Source: Camelus ferus (Eukaryota). From it: 64,000 nt of DNA. The notes below the pieces were generated by a model. The model saw nothing but the letters and a program-made list of their open reading frames with translations. It did not search any database and had not been told where the DNA came from. A program made the position numbers and the translations under genes. Positions 62,426-64,000 of this stretch are shown one piece after another (the first letter of the stretch is position 1; every line of letters starts with the position of its first letter). The DNA is taken from the NCBI RefSeq assembly GCF_009834535.1, contig NC_045705.1:31558001-31622000 (forward strand). The letters run 5' to 3'.

Positions 62426-63334
62426 TTATCTGCCTGCATTTTTCCTCCAGAGCTTCTTCATAGCATTAGTCATCTCAGAATTTCTCAGACTGTAGATTAA
62501 TGGGTTCAGCATGGGGGTGATGACTGTAGAAAACATGCTTAATGATTTGTCGATTGAGAAGGTCTTAGCAGGTCTTGCATACATGAAAATACAGGGGACA
62601 ACCACAGTGATGTGGGAAACACAGGTCTGGAGGGCTTTCCACCTCCCTTCCTGACTCAGGTTCTTTAGAGANNNNNNNNNNNNNNNNNNNNNNNNNNNNN
62701 NNNNNNNNNNNNNNNNNNNNNNNNNNNNNNNNNNNNNNNNNNNNNNNNNNNNNNNNNNNNNNNNNNNNNNNNNNNNNNNNNNNNNNNNNNNNNNNNNNNN
62801 NNNNNNNNNNNNNNNNNNNNNNNNNNNNNNNNNNNNNNNNNNNNNNNNNNNNATAGTGCCAAGTTGAATTACTGAGTGCAGAAATCCTCCAACCCAGGAC
62901 ACCACCAGCAGCACAACACACACCCTTTGCCTCATGATAACCAAATAATGCAAGGGCCTACAGATGGCCACATAGTGGTCACAGGCCATCACCAACAGAA
63001 GGAAGACCTCTGAACCAACGAAAATGTGCTCTATAAACAGATAAGTCCTGCAAGATTCAAAGGATATGGTATTTTCCCCAAAGAACAAGTCTGAAAGCAA
63101 CCTGGGGGAAATAGAAGAGGAATAAGCCATGTCCATAAATGATAAGCTAGCAAGAAAAAAGTACATCGGTGAGTTCAGGGTCTTACTGACACTTATTGTT
63201 ACGACAATGAGCAGGTTGCCCAACAAGGTCAAAATGTAGAAGAGTAAGAACATAACAAAAAGGACCTTCTGCTCCTTTGGATTCTGTGTGAGGCCCAGGA
63301 GGATGAAATAAGTTACATTGTTCCTTGGTTCCAT
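62426..63334 (-). CDS. OR4A47: Olfactory receptor OR4A47-like, 302 codons, frame open across a 181-nt mask; probably non-functional (12-bp TM6 deletion, MACDHY)
   Basis: [60 protein letters not shown] (CFFV missing), [12 protein letters not shown]. Acceptor ttttgtAG at 63378-63379. Confidence 0.88.
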   Translation of the reverse strand: MEPRNNVTYFILLGLTQNPKEQKVLFVMFLLFYILTLLGNLLIVVTISVSKTLNSPMYFFLASLSFMDMAYSSSISPRLLSDLFFGENTISFESCRTYLFIEHIFVGSEVFLLLVMACDHYVAICRPLHYLVIMRQRVCVVLLVVSWVGGFLHSVIQLGTXXXXXXXXXXXXXXXXXXXXXXXXXXXXXXXXXXXXXXXXXXXXXXXXXXXXXXXXXXXXXSLKNLSQEGRWKALQTCVSHITVVVPCIFMYARPAKTFSIDKSLSMFSTVITPMLNPLIYSLRNSEMTNAMKKLWRKNAGR

Positions 63335-64000
63335 CTAGTCTGTACAGGTGCTGAGGTCACTATTAGAAGCAGTTTACCTACAAAACAATAGGGAAAACTT
63401 CTAAGCATGTTGTAAGTTTCATCTTTTATTGACCTATTCAATTAAAAAATGTATATGGAGTATATGTTTGTGCTCAATGTGTCATAGATATTGTACCAAG
63501 CTGAATAAGATATAGCTCCTTGCCCTCAGTGATATGATGCATGGTGAAGGATCAGAAAGTCCCACATCCATGTAATAAGGGGCGTTATAAGAATTTTGAC
63601 ACAATGCTAAGGATCACAGTGTAGGAATATATCAGTCAAACTAGAATCAGAGAAGGCTTCCTGGAAAAGCTAACACTTTACGTCAGTTTTAAAGGAAAAG
63701 TGAAAGAACAAAAAACAAAAAAAGATGGGGAGGGGAATTCCATGAAAATGTATACCATTTATGACCGTGAATATGTAATATTGAGACCCAGTTAAATTAA
63801 CTTACATATTCAGTGTGAGTAGATCAAACTATGAATAAAAGGTCACTGTCCTGGACTGCTTTAGTCTCACTGAGACTTTTTACTGAGGGTCTGTAGTTAG
63901 ATGTTCCTCCTTTTCCTGACCAATGCATACTGAAGCAGTGTCTCTAGCCCCTATCTCTACTCTAATTTTAACACTCGTGTAAGCAACATCTCCAGTTTTA

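Noticed and set aside
1-64000. Extended homeodomain 13-mer AACTTTTTAATGA of the mouse H/P elements
   Set aside because: I did not see an exact copy on either strand by eye, so I do not call a classical H/P-type enhancer. A motif scan would settle this.
1-64000. CRISPR arrays, operons or a wholly new multi-gene system
   Set aside because: There are no regularly spaced repeat-spacer arrays and no non-OR, non-repeat coding genes. The window is a eukaryotic OR cluster, and the novelty I can support is limited to regulatory and evolutionary structure.

Overview
Mammalian olfactory receptor (OR) gene cluster of family 4 (OR4C and OR4A). It is very probably from a camelid, given a Vic-1-type tRNA-derived SINE and camelid-type L1 3' ends. 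There are seven full-length OR loci plus one 5'-truncated relic, in this order: OR4C45-like (-, single 1-bp frameshift), OR4C5-like (-), OR4C12-like (+), OR4C46/OR4C13-like (-), an unassigned and apparently mosaic OR4C (+), OR4A47-like (+, NPxxY proline lost), an OR4C relic (+), and a second OR4A47-like (-, 12-bp TM6 deletion, partly masked). Much of the rest is L1, L2, MIR, LTR and hAT debris. I see no prokaryotic-type system, CRISPR array or genuine RNA gene. The most interesting signals are regulatory and evolutionary. (1) A ~2.2-kb CDS-less tandem duplication puts two promoter/first-exon modules in front of one OR. (2) A 21-bp homeodomain + O/E composite is perfectly conserved, in inverted orientation, between two diverged OR promoters. 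(3) A second promoter type is shared by three other ORs. (4) One OR looks mosaic and carries a candidate gene-conversion tract. Orthology names and repeat subfamilies come from my recollection of human OR proteins and repeat consensus sequences, not from a search. Repeat boundaries and identity figures were estimated by eye. N-runs appear to be length-preserving masks rather than unsized gaps.
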